A stretch of DNA of 64,000 bases, taken from positions 223,510,001 through 223,574,000 of the forward strand of contig OZ024741.1 in NCBI GenBank assembly GCA_964016885.1. The letters are read 5' to 3'. Below the pieces are notes generated by a model. The model was given only the letters and a program-made list of their open reading frames with translations, searched no databases and was not told where the DNA came from. Of this stretch, positions 25,371 to 38,709 are shown piece after piece (within the stretch, counting starts at the first letter, position 1; each line of letters starts with the position of its first letter). Source of the stretch: Eledone cirrhosa (lineage: Eukaryota). A program made the position numbers and the translations under genes.

Positions 25371-25710
25371 GGAGGCACATGGCTTAGTGGTTAGAGCAAT
25401 GGACTGGCAATCGAAAGGTTGTGAGTTCAATTCTCAGACCGGGTGATGTGTTGTTTCCTTGAACAAGACACTTTATTTCACATTGCTCCAGTTTACTCAG
25501 CTGTAGAAATGAGATGATAGGACTGAGGTCCATATCATTCAACTGCAGAGTGGTCGTGGAGGTGCCACGGCAAAAAAGCACCCACCACTCACTGTAAATG
25601 AGGTTGGTGTTAGGAAGGGCATCCAGCTGTAGAAATCAAGCCAGCATCAGTTACTGTCCCACCCTTGCAAGCAGGGAAAAAGCGGACGTAAAATGAAATG
25701 ATGATGAAAT
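25371..25710 (+). mobile_element. tRNA-derived SINE with an RTE-derived tail
   Basis: A box TGGCTTAGTGG and B box GAGTTCAATTC. The 3' end CCCACCCTTGCAAGCAGGGAAAA..GGACGTAAAATGA matches the RTE family B terminus. A second copy is at 62254-62643. Confidence 0.85.
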
Positions 25711-25716
25711 GATACT

Positions 25717-25748
<32 letters not shown>

Positions 25749-25765
25749 TATATATAATATATATA

Positions 25766-25974
25766 TGACCGATGGGTGAAGAAGTGCCAGGAATTGCCAG
25801 TTGAAGGAAGACGTGGTAGAGGTAGACCACGAAAAACATGGGCGGAGGTGGTGAGAACAGACCTCAGATCATTGAAGCTCACGGTGGAGATGACGAAGGA
25901 CTGTGACGAGTGGAGAGATGCTGTGCTGAATAAGACCCGTCCCACCCTTGCAAGCAGGGAAAAGCGGACGTAAA

Positions 25975-26004
<30 letters not shown>
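25766..26004 (+). mobile_element. RTE family B 3' fragment
   Basis: ORF 25776..25973 (GRRGRGRPRKTW) plus an (ATG)n tail. Confidence 0.85.
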
Positions 26005-26006
<2 letters not shown>

Positions 26007-26599
26007 ATATCACTATCTATCTATCTATCTAGTTGTAAGTCAACATAGCAAGTTGTTTTGGATGCATTGCTTAGTTGAAGCAGAGTGTTCTTTATTTATT
26101 ATTTTTTTTAGTATTATATATAGAACTACACTATCCTGTGTGTCCTACCATTTTTTAAGACAGTAGGTTGTGATTTGAGGTGGATTTGGCTGCTATTTCT
26201 TGCAGGTGAGCGACTATAGAGAACCATTCACCCACCTTGGTTTACCAATGCAGCAAATGTCAGAAACCACGTAACCAAGAAAGAATTAATACCGTCAAGT
26301 AATTAGCTTCCGTCCTTTGAATAATTTTTTTTAAATTCCAAGTTCTGAGTTCTGAGTAAAAAGTTGTCTTTGTGCTTCATCTTTCCTTGGTTCATAGAAT
26401 TAACAATAATATTGATTTCTAATTTAGAAACACAGCCAGAAAACTATGGGGAAGGGAAAAGTTGATTAAATCAACCACAGTACTTGACAGGTAATTTATT
26501 TTATCTACCGTGGAAGAATGAAAGACAAATTTGACTAGGTTTTGAACTCAAAACGTAAATAGTCAGAACAAATACAGCAATGGCATTTTATCTAACAAA

Positions 26600-29211
26600 T
26601 ATGGCAGGATGGGGGAAGTAGAGAAGACTATCAAGTGGCCAGGAGGGAAGCTAGGAGACAAGTGTACTTCGCAAGAAGGGAAGCAGAGGAAAGAAAGTTC
26701 AAGCATGTTCTACAACGCGAGGACCAAAAACGTGAGGTGTTCAGGATTGCTAGGCAATGTGTCAAGGAAAACCGTGATATTGTCGGGGAGAAGTGTGTAC
26801 TTAATGATGACGGCGTACTTGCCATCACCGACGCTGATAAGAAGGTAGCTTGGAAGTGTCACTATGAAAGGCTACTAAATGAGGAGAATAAATGGGAGAA
26901 AGACAGTCTCCCCCACATCGACCCAATAGAGGGACCAGCAGTGTTAGTCGAGGGTAGTATAATAAGTAAGGCAATCAAGGATATGAAAACGGGTAAGGCG
27001 GCTGGGCCTTCGGAAATAGTTGCTGAGATGCTGAAGGCATCTGGTACGGTGGGACACACCATGGTCACCCGGATAGTTAACCAAGTCGTACAGAATGGGG
27101 TTGTTCCGAAGGACTGGCGTAGCAGCATCATCGTTAACTGTTATAAGGGTAAAAGAGATGCCCTAGATAGGAGTAACTATAGAGGCATTAAATTAATCGA
27201 CCAGGTCATGAAGGTCACGGAAAAAGTAATAGCACAACTAATCAGAGAGAGAATTGATCTAGATGAAATACAGTTCGGGTTTGTGTCAGGCAAAAGTACC
27301 ACAGATGCTCTTTTCATTGTACGACAACTACAGGAGCAGTACCTAGCTAAAAGTAAACCCCTATACCTAGCTTTTGTCGACTTGGAGAAAGCCTTCGACA
27401 GAGTCCCCCGTTCCATTATCTGGTGGGCTCTTAGAAAACTAGGTGTTGACGAATGGCTTGTGAGAGCTATACAAGCCATGTATAAAGAAACAGTCAGCAA
27501 GGTTAGAATTAACAACGAATATAGTGAAGAGTTTAGCGTAAAAGTTGGCGTCCATCAGGGCTCTGTTCTCAGCCCCCTACTATTTATTATTGCCCTTCAG
27601 GCTATAACAGAGGAGTTCAAGACCGGCTGCCCATTGGAACTCCTATACGCAGATGACCTAACACTCATAGCTGAATCAATGGCCGAGCTAGATAAGAAAT
27701 TCCAAACATGGAAGCACGGCCTAGAATCAAAAGGCCTTAAAATTAACCTGGCTAAGACCAAAGTTCTAGTTTGTAGGAAAGAAAATAAGGCGGCGGTCCC
27801 TTCCGGGAAGTGGCCATGCTCAGTGTGTAGGAAAGGCGTAGGTAGAAACTCCATTTTGTGTCCCAAATGCAAAGTATGGGTGCATAAAAGATGTAGTGGG
27901 ATCACAGGTAAGCTAACTAAGAACATAGATTTTACATGTGGCCGGTGCTCTGGTGCAATAAGTAGCAGCAAGTGCCCACAAAATACTAGCCCTTTCAACA
28001 GCGCAGAGGGTTCTATAGAAATAGTGGACAGCTTCCGTTACCTGGGTGACAAAATCAGCAGTGGGGGAGGGTGCTCTGAAAGTACAATAGCTAGAGTCAG
28101 AACTGGATGGAAAAAGTTCAGAGAGCTTATACCACTATTAGCCGCTAAAGGTTCTCCCTAAAAATGAAAGGCAGGTTGTATGATGCCTGCATACGAACAG
28201 CAATGTTGCATGGCAGTGAGACCTGGGCATTGTGTGCAGAGGATATACGCAGACTAGAGAGGAACGAAGCTTGCATGCTCCGCTGGATGTGTAATAGTAA
28301 TATACGTGAACGGCAAAGCATAAACGAACTAAGGAAAAAATTAGAAATAAGAGGGATCAGATGTTGTTTACTCGAGAGAAGGCTACGTTGGTATGGTCAC
28401 ATGATGCGCATGAAAGACGATAGCTGTATAACAAAGTGCAGGGCAATAAAGATAGACAGTAGCCACGGAATAGGCAGACCCAGAAAAACCTGGGACGAGC
28501 TGATAAATTCTGACCTCACACACTTACACCTCTCCAAGACAATGTCACTGGACCGAGACCTTTGGCGGTACTCAGTAATAGAGAAGACCCGCCTTACCTA
28601 AATACAAAGTAAAACCTACTACAGTCAGTAGGCATCTCTAACAAAATACACGCCCGTCCCACCACCCCCACCCCATCCACACCGCCCCTTTCAATGTAAA
28701 GTTATGTTGGTGCCACAACATCCAGGCCGAAACAAATGAGATCGTGTAGGTGTCACGACAAAAAAACACACAGTCCACGCTGTAATGTGGCCGTGTAGGC
28801 AACACGGTAAAAACCTCCCAGCCCCACACTGTAAATGTGGTTGGTGTTAGGAAGGGCATCCAGCTGTAGAAAACCCACCAGACAGTCCACGCTGTAATGT
28901 GGCCGTGTAGGCAACACGGTAAAAACCTCCCAGTCCCAGACTGTAAATGTGGTTGGTGTTAGGAAGGGCATCCAGCTGTAGAAAACCCACCAGACAGTCC
29001 ACGCTGTAATGTGGCCGTGTAGGCAACACGGTAAAAACCTCCCAGCCCCACACTGTCAATGTGGTTGGTGTTAGGAAGGGCATCCAGCTGTAGAAAACCC
29101 GCCAGACAGTCCTATGCGAGCAAGACAATCACTCTTGCCTCAAGTGGGAAAACCCCCGTCCAAACCCATGCAAGCGTGCAACACGGACGTTAAACGTTGA
29201 TGATGATGATG
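26600..29211 (+). mobile_element. RTE-clade LINE, family A, 5'-truncated, young
   Basis: 508-aa RT ORF 26635..28161 plus 28164..28601. Nearly identical to the minus copy at 9250-10350. The 3' UTR carries tandem units and an (ATG)n tail. Confidence 0.95.
28771..29112 (+). repeat. Three tandem 112-bp units in the RTE family A 3' UTR
   Basis: CAGTCC recurs at 28771, 28883, 28995 and 29107. Confidence 0.9.
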
Positions 29212-29706
29212 ACTACCAATTCTGCCAAAAACAATAATATTGATTACCAAATTTTAAAAAAATCAATATTTTGCTCGCATTTATTCAAACAAGAACCAAT
29301 TTGAAATAATGAAAGAAAGATAACCTCGGTACAAATAAGTTACTAATCTACTTGCACCCAAATCGTCTATTTTTGCTGATTTCTCCTTCAACAAATTCAT
29401 TCCCCTAACAGGTTCAACTGACATGAGATAATTGTTAGCTCGGAGCTACATTGCGGAGAAGGGAGATAACTCTGTTGAGATTTATGGCCGAGAAAATATT
29501 TTGTGTGTATGAGTGGGAGGCGAGGTATGTATGTGTGTATGAGTGTGTCTGTTGTCTCTTTCTATGTCTGTCTGTGTATAAGTCTAAGTGTTATCAGGAT
29601 GTATTATTTGTGTACATTTGCTGCCAGTTTATATTATATGTGTATGTGTATGTGTGTTCTTTGCATAAGCTTTTATTGCATGTGTATTAACTATTAAGTA
29701 GTGTGA

Positions 29707-29778
<72 letters not shown>

Positions 29779-31734
29779 TGTGGTGCTGAGACAGGGGAGA
29801 TCTCTAATTATGGGAGTACTCAATATATGGGGAGATGCAGAGTGAGTATAGAAATATGTAAAATCCTGACTGTGGTGCCAAGTGGTTTCAGTTTGTGTGT
29901 TCAGCAAGCCTTTTCAACGGTGTAGTAATATTTGTAGGGTATGAGAAAATAGGTCACTTGTCTTGGTAGTGCTTTGGTTGAATTTATCATAGTAGTAAAG
30001 TTGTCTGATGGAGGTGGGGGTGGGGGGCCAGAGAATTCTTTACTTAAAAATACTCCCTCAGCTTCTAAGCTCTGTCAATAAATAACCTTACCTCACATCC
30101 CCTCCACTCCTATTCCATTATACCCCCCTTTTCCTCCTCCATTCATACTCACTAAATAGAAAGTTCCCTTCCAATGCATATGTCCAGTCAAAATATTTCT
30201 GTCAAGGTATTTCAGCAGTCACTAGTACATACCAGCCTACTATCTCCACGCCACTGATGTTGTTCAAGGAAAAGGCAATGACTGAAACAACTTGCCACCA
30301 GTGATGTTGCAATATATTTTTTCCAGCTGAGTGAACTAAAGCAATGTGAAATAAACTGTCTTGTTCAAGGTCACAATGTATCACCTGGTTCAGAACTCGA
30401 ACTCACAACCTCTCGATTGTGAATCCAATGCTCCAACCATTAAGCCATGTACCTTCACACACACATACATATACATACACACACACACACGCATTATATA
30501 CATGTATGCGTATGTGTGTGTGTGTGTGTGTGTGGTTGGTGGCTGAGAGAAAGTACTCACTACCGAAGTAGAGTTTTAATATTCATTTTATTAAAGTTGA
30601 ATAGTGAGTCTTGTTACTCTGGAGTTTCACCTGTTTATCACAGGGTCATAATCAGCCTTAATAAAATAAATATGTATATATGTATTATTCTTATTATTAT
30701 GGCCTAGTGGTTAGGATGCTGGTCTTGCAATCATAATGTAATGGGTTTGATTCCTGAACTGTGAGACTGTATTGTGTTCTTGAACAAAACACTTCATTTC
30801 ACGTTGCTCCAGATTTCAAATGAATGGAACAATTCTAGTCCTGTAGACGTCATGAGATTCTGGGTTCAATCCCAGTGTATGGTATCTTGAGCAACTGCCC
30901 TTCCCCATAACCTCAGGTCATTTATTGTTTGCAGGAAATTATTATATATTTAAGTTAAGTTAATTAATTATACAAATTTGTATAAAATTGTAATCCATTC
31001 AGGTTTGTTAAAGCACCTGTCTGAAATGTGCACCTAAGCAGCTGCCTAGTTGGTGTTAATGGTAGCATTGACCCTGCTTGTGCCAGTGGTGTAATATTGT
31101 GGGAATGCATAGGAATAGCATTCTCTTACTTTTAGGCTTAGAGAATATGATATTTCATCCCTATTTTAAGTAACTATAAATTTAACCCTTTTACACAAAA
31201 CTGCCTAAAACCATCTCTGGTTTTACAATACAAAACTGCTTGTTTTAAAGTGTTTATATTTCTTTAAGTCATTAGAACGTCAGATAGAATGTTTTGCTGT
31301 TTTCATTCTCGCTCTCTGATTTCTGAGTTCAAATCCTGCTAAAGTCAACTTTACCTTTTATCCTTTCAAGGTCGATAAAAGTACTAGTCTAGTATCAGGG
31401 TTGATTCTTCCTCTATATCTCTTTCTCCATTTATCTCACTTTTTAACCTTCTCTGGAAGAAATTTGCTGGGTTCAGACCTGGAAAAGAGATGGGTTCCAC
31501 CAGCTTTTAAAATACCCACGAAATGGTGTATGTCACTATGGTACCCCTATGACTCCATCAGTTGGTGTTCGGAATATAACTTTTAAAAAGTTCTTCCATA
31601 AAATCATGATGGAAGGTTTTTAGAAAAATCTCTCTCTTTATAAAGTGTTTATATTTCTCTAAAACTCTTCCATCATAATTTTATTGAAGAACTTTTTTTA
31701 AGTTATTTTCCAAACACCAACTTAGTAATAATAA

Positions 31735-31915
31735 TTGTTTCTACTTTTGGCACAAGGCCAGCAATTACCCAGTGCATTACTGGTACTTTATTTTATCGAC
31801 CTTGTAAGGATGAAAGGCAAAGTTAACCTTGGCGGGATTTGAACTCAGAATCTAAAGGGCCGTAACTCTATACATCAAAGCATGACGTCCGACCCTCTAC
31901 CAATACTGCCAATAA
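31735..31915 (-). mobile_element. Second tRNA-derived SINE family (representative copy)
   Basis: B-box-like GAGTTCAAATCC on the minus strand. Related copies occur at ~26410-26590, 36180-36310 (opposite strand), 37840-37975 and 38420-38560. Confidence 0.6.
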
Positions 31916-31925
31916 TAATAATGAT

Positions 31926-32743
31926 ATAATAATAATGAAATTATTGTGTAAAGTGCTCAGGTGCACTACAACTCGTCAAAGGTGCATGTATAATAATAAT
32001 AGTACATAGAATAATATACAAACGTCAGGGAAGTGAATAGTGTATGAGTCATGATATACATGTGTGTATGTGTATGGAGGGGGAACATTAGGTGTAGTGT
32101 TGGCGAATCTCGGGAAGCATGGAGGTTTTAAAGGATGCAGTGTCTCGACAGCTAACAACTGATGCAGGTAGTTTATTCCATGCTTCAGCAACTCTGAGCA
32201 TGAAAATATGTTTCCGAAAGTCATGGGTCTGTGCTGTTTTCTGACTTTGTGGGCATGCCCACGTGTGTTAGAACCGTGACTACCTCTCTTCGACTGAGAA
32301 TGAAGGACTTCAACCAGTTAAAAAGATCATCCTTCACAGAGGGTTTTGCCATAAGCCTTTTGTGTGGCACAGAATTGAAAGCTTTCGCAAAGTCAAGGTA
32401 AACAACATCCACCCATGAGCCGCCATCAGTGATCCGGGTGATGTCCTCAAGAAACTCAATAAGTTGATCACAGCAGCTGGTGTTAGGGATAAATCCAAAT
32501 TGCGAGGGCTGGATAAGACTGTGAGAGTTCCAGAAGTTCCAAAGTGTTTCTCTGACACAGGATTCCATCAGTTTGGCAATGCAACTAGTAAGACTGACTG
32601 GACGATAGTTCACAGGTGATGTGCAGTCACCCTTTTTGAACAGAGGAATGACACTGGCAGTTTTCCACTGTTCTGGAGTAGCACCGTTGTTCAGACAGAA
32701 TTGGAAGAAGCGTGATAGCTGGTGCAGAAGGAAGTACCCACCA
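31926..32743 (-). mobile_element. CR1-group LINE, truncated and internally deleted second copy
   Basis: Near-identical to 20876-21218 and 21988-22363. ORF 32221..32613 includes VYLDFAKAFNSVPH. Confidence 0.9.
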
Positions 32744-35700
32744 ATGAGAAAGTTAGTTATATTACTAAATCCTTCCTAATTATTGAATATTTTTTAAATG
32801 ATTTGAAAATCATATGCAGTGCCTTTCCTTAGAAATATGGTAATGAAAGGGTTAAAATTGCTTAATGTAATGAGATTTTTCATTTCCACCTCTAAAGAAG
32901 TATGAGAAAGACTCATTAATTGTTTCAATGTTTTTTTTTTTTGGGGGGGGGGGGGGGCACTTTTTGCTAAAGTCAAAGTGATGTCCTAAATGCAAGGATC
33001 ATCCTTTTTCTATATCGTCCTAAAATTAGTTTGATTTTTTCTTAAATTTCCATGGAGTTTATAGCACCACCACCCCCAAACCACAACATTATGGATTCTC
33101 TGTGCTTGCCAGTACCTCTTCACCATCTCAGTAATACTTTCAAAATGTATTTCCCCACTTTTTCATTGAGCACCACACCACTATCTAGTGTATACAAAAA
33201 GTAAATATATAATAGATCATGTTTTACTCAACATGACAAGCAAGTGTAATAGAGCAATATGGTTTCAATCCCTAGTTGGAGCTAATTCTTTTTTTACTTT
33301 ACTTTACTTGCACACTTAATAATATTAAAGGAATTCTTGTACATCACAACTCATGTTTCCTTATTTCTGCTAAAAATATTTATATATAACTTCTTTTTCA
33401 CTAAGCAAATCAATATTCCATGTAACATTCATTACATAAAAATTATATGGAAAAAAAAACTTTTCCAACACTAGAACAAACTTTTCCCTTTAGTCTGCTT
33501 CAAAGATTTGCTGATTTGCTGAGTTTTTTCTCCATAAATTCCAACCGTATTTGATATGGAATGAACCAAGTTCCACATTCTTTGTTGCTAATTACTGCAA
33601 TTCAGCAGGATCTCTATTGGAAATAATCAATAGAACTAACAATTCCTACTACACAAGGCCAAGCTTTGCCGTAGTTGTGGGAATTCCAGTCATTGGTTAT
33701 TATCACTGACTCTTACCACAACAGTTATTTCTGCTATGACATACTGGCTGCTTGTTGGATAACTGTTTAACTCTTAACAATTTAATAGAAAATATCTTAA
33801 AATGGGTTTGCCAATTCAAATGTTTATAATATCTTTACTGGTGGACAGACTATTGTGAAAATCTGCAATATTAGAGTAAAGACTAACTCCTAACATCCTG
33901 TAATGATTTAGCAGAAAATATCGTAAAATCGGTTGTCAATGTGAAAATTTACAGAAAACTAAAACAAAGACATCAATTTCAAATATGATGCAGTCATATT
34001 TGTACTTTTCAAGAATTTCTTGCTAATGCGGTTTCATGTGGTACAGGACATTAAGAGTTAAGATTATTATAATATATGTGTGTGTGTAATCCAATAAATA
34101 CGATTATGTAACATGTCTTAACATTTATTTCGTATATGGTAAATTGGTTATGTTTGATCGTCACCTTTATGCTGGATAAATACAACTGGCATGGAGTGCT
34201 CTTACCTGCTTTCATCTGTTTGTCAATGAGACAACACAGTATATATATATATATATATATATAACAAAGAAGGCGTGGTAAGATACCAGGTGGACCATAA
34301 CGCACCAGAGTACTCAATACTTAGGGTAGTAGAGTGGGTAATAGGAAAAGAGTCAAGGCCCCGACAGCTGAACTCCGGCCATTTCGATCTAGCTGTTGGA
34401 ACATAACCAAGTTACCATATCCGAAATTAAATTAAGGGTGTCATGTCCGAGAGACATGCGCCATATCCACTGTAGAATATGCTCAAAGATTCCAATGAAT
34501 AGATCCGAGCATTTTATATCAACTAGAAATTGATTGACATACATATATATCTAAAATAAACATATTCCCTGTGATTGCTTCATATGTTTATTTTAGATAT
34601 ATATATTTCTGGACGCCATTGGACTACACATGGATGTTTACATACACACACACGTATATTTATGTATGTGTATGTCTATACATAAACATACATACACTTA
34701 CCTTGATATACATGCACACAAATAAAACAAAATAATTCTGCTACAAACAATACAGTAAGTCACAAACACACGTGGAGCCACTCATACATAAACATATACA
34801 CTCACTCGTACAAAAACATACATAAAAAACTACACACAAAAACCCCACACATATGTACACACATAAAAGACAAAGGAATTGCAACACACTCACATCCATA
34901 GAACCAATACAAAAAAGTCATATACACACGCACAAAAAGCAAAGAACTTACAGACACACACAGAGACAGAAGCAGTAATGCACACCTACCAATTTCACCC
35001 CTTCGGGATACACACAACCACACCCAGGACACACCTAGATCCTCCCAAATGTCAGACCACACCCAACCTTTTACAAACTTTCATGTACCCACCTGTTCTC
35101 TTTCCGAACTTTCCATTTCCTGATGAAGGACTTCCATCCAAAGCACTGAACTCTCCTCTACTTCCTCCTAAGCGTGATTCTAATAAGATTTGTATTTTTG
35201 CATGCCCGTGTTTGTTTTATTTGTTCAACTATATTCAGTGTGTTCACTTTTTACATGAAGATGCATTTGTGAATGTATCATGTAAAGCAAATTTGCATAA
35301 TTCAAGTCACATATTTCTGCTAAATAAAAAAATTGAAAACCACACGCGTTATTCACGCAAAGTGAATCTATAATATAATAAAGGGTGGAGTGCGGGACAG
35401 CGTCCGTTTTATATTTTTTTATCCAGTTAGTAAAATAAGTTGGATTACTTTGAATAAATATTATATAATTTATCTACTAAATTTTGTAGCTGTTGATTAA
35501 ACATAAATATTCTTATATATAAAATATTGCTTTATTTTAAGATTCACTTAAAATTTTCAAATGTCAACACTTCCGGTTAGCATCCGTTATATTATAACAC
35601 TTATCACATCGCTTATATAAATGTTCATATATTTGCATCGTTATATAAGGTTTATATTTCCGTCGCTAATTTTCCCCTTTTTGTTTTCATAACATTTTAG

Positions 35701-37201
35701 TTTATTATATATGCAGTTTATATATAATATCGTCTTTTTTTTTTAATGTATCATGGATTACTTTACCAATTGCAGAAGAAAGTGTAACACTGACTTCGTT
35801 CAATTTCTGTGCATATATATTTGCGTATAATGTCAATATGCACACTATTACATACTAGAAGAAAACCACCCGAAGGGTGGTTTTTAAGAGGCGTTAAAGT
35901 GAACAGACTGTATATATATATATATATTTGGTGTGTGTGGTATATGTACAAATATGAGCACACATAATGAGGAAGATATAGCTGCTGTGTCTATTAGGTA
36001 TATCTCACTGATGTAATATCATCCCCAATCAAATATACCAGCCATGATCATCTTGTTCCTTTTCTCAGAAACAGAATAGTGATCCAAGAACCACAGAGGC
36101 AGAGATGTGCAATAAATCACATTCTGCAAAATGAATTGAATTCATAAATGTTATTTATTTATTATTATTTACTTGTAATGTGGACTGGCAATATCGGCAG
36201 AGCATTGGATAACATGCTTTGTGGCATAGAGTTACAGCCTTTTGTGTTCTGAGTTCAAATCCTGTCAAGGTTAGCTTTGCCTTTTATTCATGCAGGGTCG
36301 ATTTAATCGACTAGTGTAGAAATCACTATGATTATCTACACTTAAAATATGTAATTCAAAGATCATTTTCAAAGAAAAGTTGAAAATAAAAAGTTACAAC
36401 TGATTACTTATTCCAAAGTAGAGAAAGTGATGGCTAGTAAGTCACTAGTAAGTCAGGGATGAATGTCATTGTCAATATTCCTGACTCTAACCTGTTTCAC
36501 CAGCTCATGTATCACTACCAATACCCCTAACTGTGACACTTGATTCACTAACCCATGGACTCTGGTATGAGTGTCACTGCTAATACCTCTGGTTGTAATT
36601 CTTGTTTTTCACTATGGTTGATAGTGATCACATCAGCCTACATAAGGCTTCTTTTAATTATTATTTTCAGGGCACACTGAATCTTCCTTTTCTTTTCAAA
36701 AGATAGAAGCATATCATTTTTCTTGGATAAATTCCTCAGGCAAAGAGACACACTTTTGTGATTGGATTTGTTCTCCCTACCTGTTTCTTGTAATGTTACC
36801 AAAATTGTTTACATTGCAATGAATACCATATACAATATTTCCATTTAAAAACTGTGCATGGGTGTGTGTCTAAGTATTGTTGCTCTTGTTGACAAATACA
36901 TTACTAGCATTGTTCAGGATTGTGTCATTATTCATACAAATGTCAGTACTTGTTTCTTTCAAATTTATTTACTGGGAAATATTCTTGTTCTTTTTCTTGT
37001 TTAATTTCTGTGTAATTATCTTCATTTTTAAAATGTCTTTTAGAGAGCCTTATTTTTTATATCATATGACCATTTCGAGAGAATGCAAACAAGAAACTAG
37101 AAAATGCTAAAAAAAAACGTCTTTTTTTTTCATTCTGAGCAGGGAAAAAAATAACTAAATGTAAAAGTACACTTTCCTTTTTGTATGTATATCTTCTAGA
37201 T

Positions 37202-37477
37202 CAGTGATTCCCAACGTAGGGCGCAATTTGAAAATGATGTTAATGAGAACAAACTTCGGGTTTTAATTCATTACTTTTTCACCAAGGCAAATTTGGAACA
37301 AATCATGGTCGGAAACTCCTGTCTCACCTCCTCCACACATTGTGCATCTGGCATCACCCATACACCAATTTATTTACACTTTGTAGTTGATCATTGCTGT
37401 TTTTATATCAAAGTGGGGCATAAAAATATTTGAGATGTTGAAGTGGGGCATGGGGCACAAAAGGTTGGGAACCACTG
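37202..37477. mobile_element. Non-autonomous hAT (Charlie-like) element
   Basis: TIRs CAGTGATTCCCAAC / GTTGGGAACCACTG. The 8-bp flanks TTCTAGAT / CTCTAGAT match at 7 of 8 positions, around a TCTAGA target. Confidence 0.75.
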
Positions 37478-38208
37478 CTCTAGATACAATACAAAAATAT
37501 ATATCCAATTATTAGAAAATAAATCAAATTGTGAGGTCAAACTGGAGCTCCGTGTAAAAACATCTCAGAAGGTAAAAAACAACAGCAACAAGGGTAGCAA
37601 TTTTGAGGAGGGGAATGTTGATAATATGCCCCCCCCCCCCCTCTCCTCAATGCCTGACTAGTACTTTCTGATATTGGCAGAAGGCAAGAAAATATGGAAG
37701 GAGAGTTATTAGTTGATTAAATCAGAGGTTCTCAAATTTATTGGGCCACCTAATACCCTCAGCACCCCCACCTCTATTTCCAGAGAGACTACCTACATGT
37801 ACATGTAAATTGTAAATAATATATAATAAATAATGTTTTCTACTATAGGCACAAGACCTGCAATGTTGGGGAGGGGAAAGTCGATTAAATCGACCCCAGT
37901 GCATTACTGGTACTTTATTCTATCAACCCCATAAGGATGAAAGGCAAAGCTAACCTTGACGGGATTTGAACTCATACATAATATACTATTATATCATCCC
38001 TACCGCCCCCAAATCTTCTCAAAACTTTTGCCTATTTCTCGCACATAATATAGGGGAGGGGGGTACTGATATTCGAGTATATATGGTACTTGACCTGAAC
38101 ATGAATTGGGTCAAATACCAAAGAATTTTGTCTAATGATGTAATGATTCTGCCAATCCAAAAGCACAATACTGGTTCCTAATTTAAGGTAGAAAGGAAAG
38201 TTAATTAA

Positions 38209-38390
38209 CTCTTTAGCATTTACATTACTCTATATTTACTATTATATTTTCATGGTAAAGGCTTTACTTCATATAATATCGAATCTATGAGATTTTGACA
38301 ACAATACCTTAACACCAGTATGAGTGGCCGGTTGGACAGAAAGAGTTGAGAGAATTCTGGCCAGACATGGCTGGCTTAAATGGTAATGGG
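38209..38390. mobile_element. TTAA-flanked (piggyBac-like) MITE; further copies at ~50664-50828 and 60650-60846
   Basis: Ends TTAA-CCCTTTAGCATT ... AATGYTAAAGGG-TTAA (slightly diverged in each copy) and a shared internal sequence in three copies. Confidence 0.65.
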
Positions 38391-38709
38391 TTAAATTGAG
38401 CTGTTTTGGATGGTTAATTTATTTTATCAATCTTGGAAGAAGGCATGGCAAAGTTGGCCTTGGTGGGATTTGTACTCAGAACGTAAAAGGCCATAACTAA
38501 ATCCCACAAAACATTTTGTCCGACACTCTATAACCAGTCTGCCAATTCACCAACCTTAATAATAATTTTTGCAATGTTTTACAGCTGGAGTCTCTTCCCG
38601 ACACTAACACATTTAGTCACTTCTCACGAAAGACAGTGTACCTATTCTAAATCAGATACACATACATATATGTAGCAAAAGTATCAACAAGAGGAATGTT
38701 CTATATATA

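Noticed and set aside
25371-25443. tRNA gene
   Set aside because: A and B boxes are present, but the acceptor stem is imperfect and the sequence continues into a SINE body and LINE tail.
28771-29112. Regularly spaced repeats suggestive of a CRISPR array
   Set aside because: The units are head-to-tail and near-identical with no unique spacers, sit in a LINE 3' UTR, and there are no cas genes.
35117-35150. Hammerhead-like cores at ~35117 and ~61401
   Set aside because: CTGATGAAGGA is present but GAAA and stem III have decayed; counted only as fossils.
35855-35885. AAAACCACCC-GAAG-GGTGGTTTT hairpin resembling a rho-independent terminator
   Set aside because: The context is eukaryotic. On the minus strand it is followed by CTAG|T, which fits a Helitron-type 3' end remnant better.
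36400-37080. Coding-like composition on the minus strand
   Set aside because: The frame translated contains multiple stops, the ORF track shows no long minus-strand ORF here, and no domain was recognised; it cannot be supported as an exon or pseudogene.
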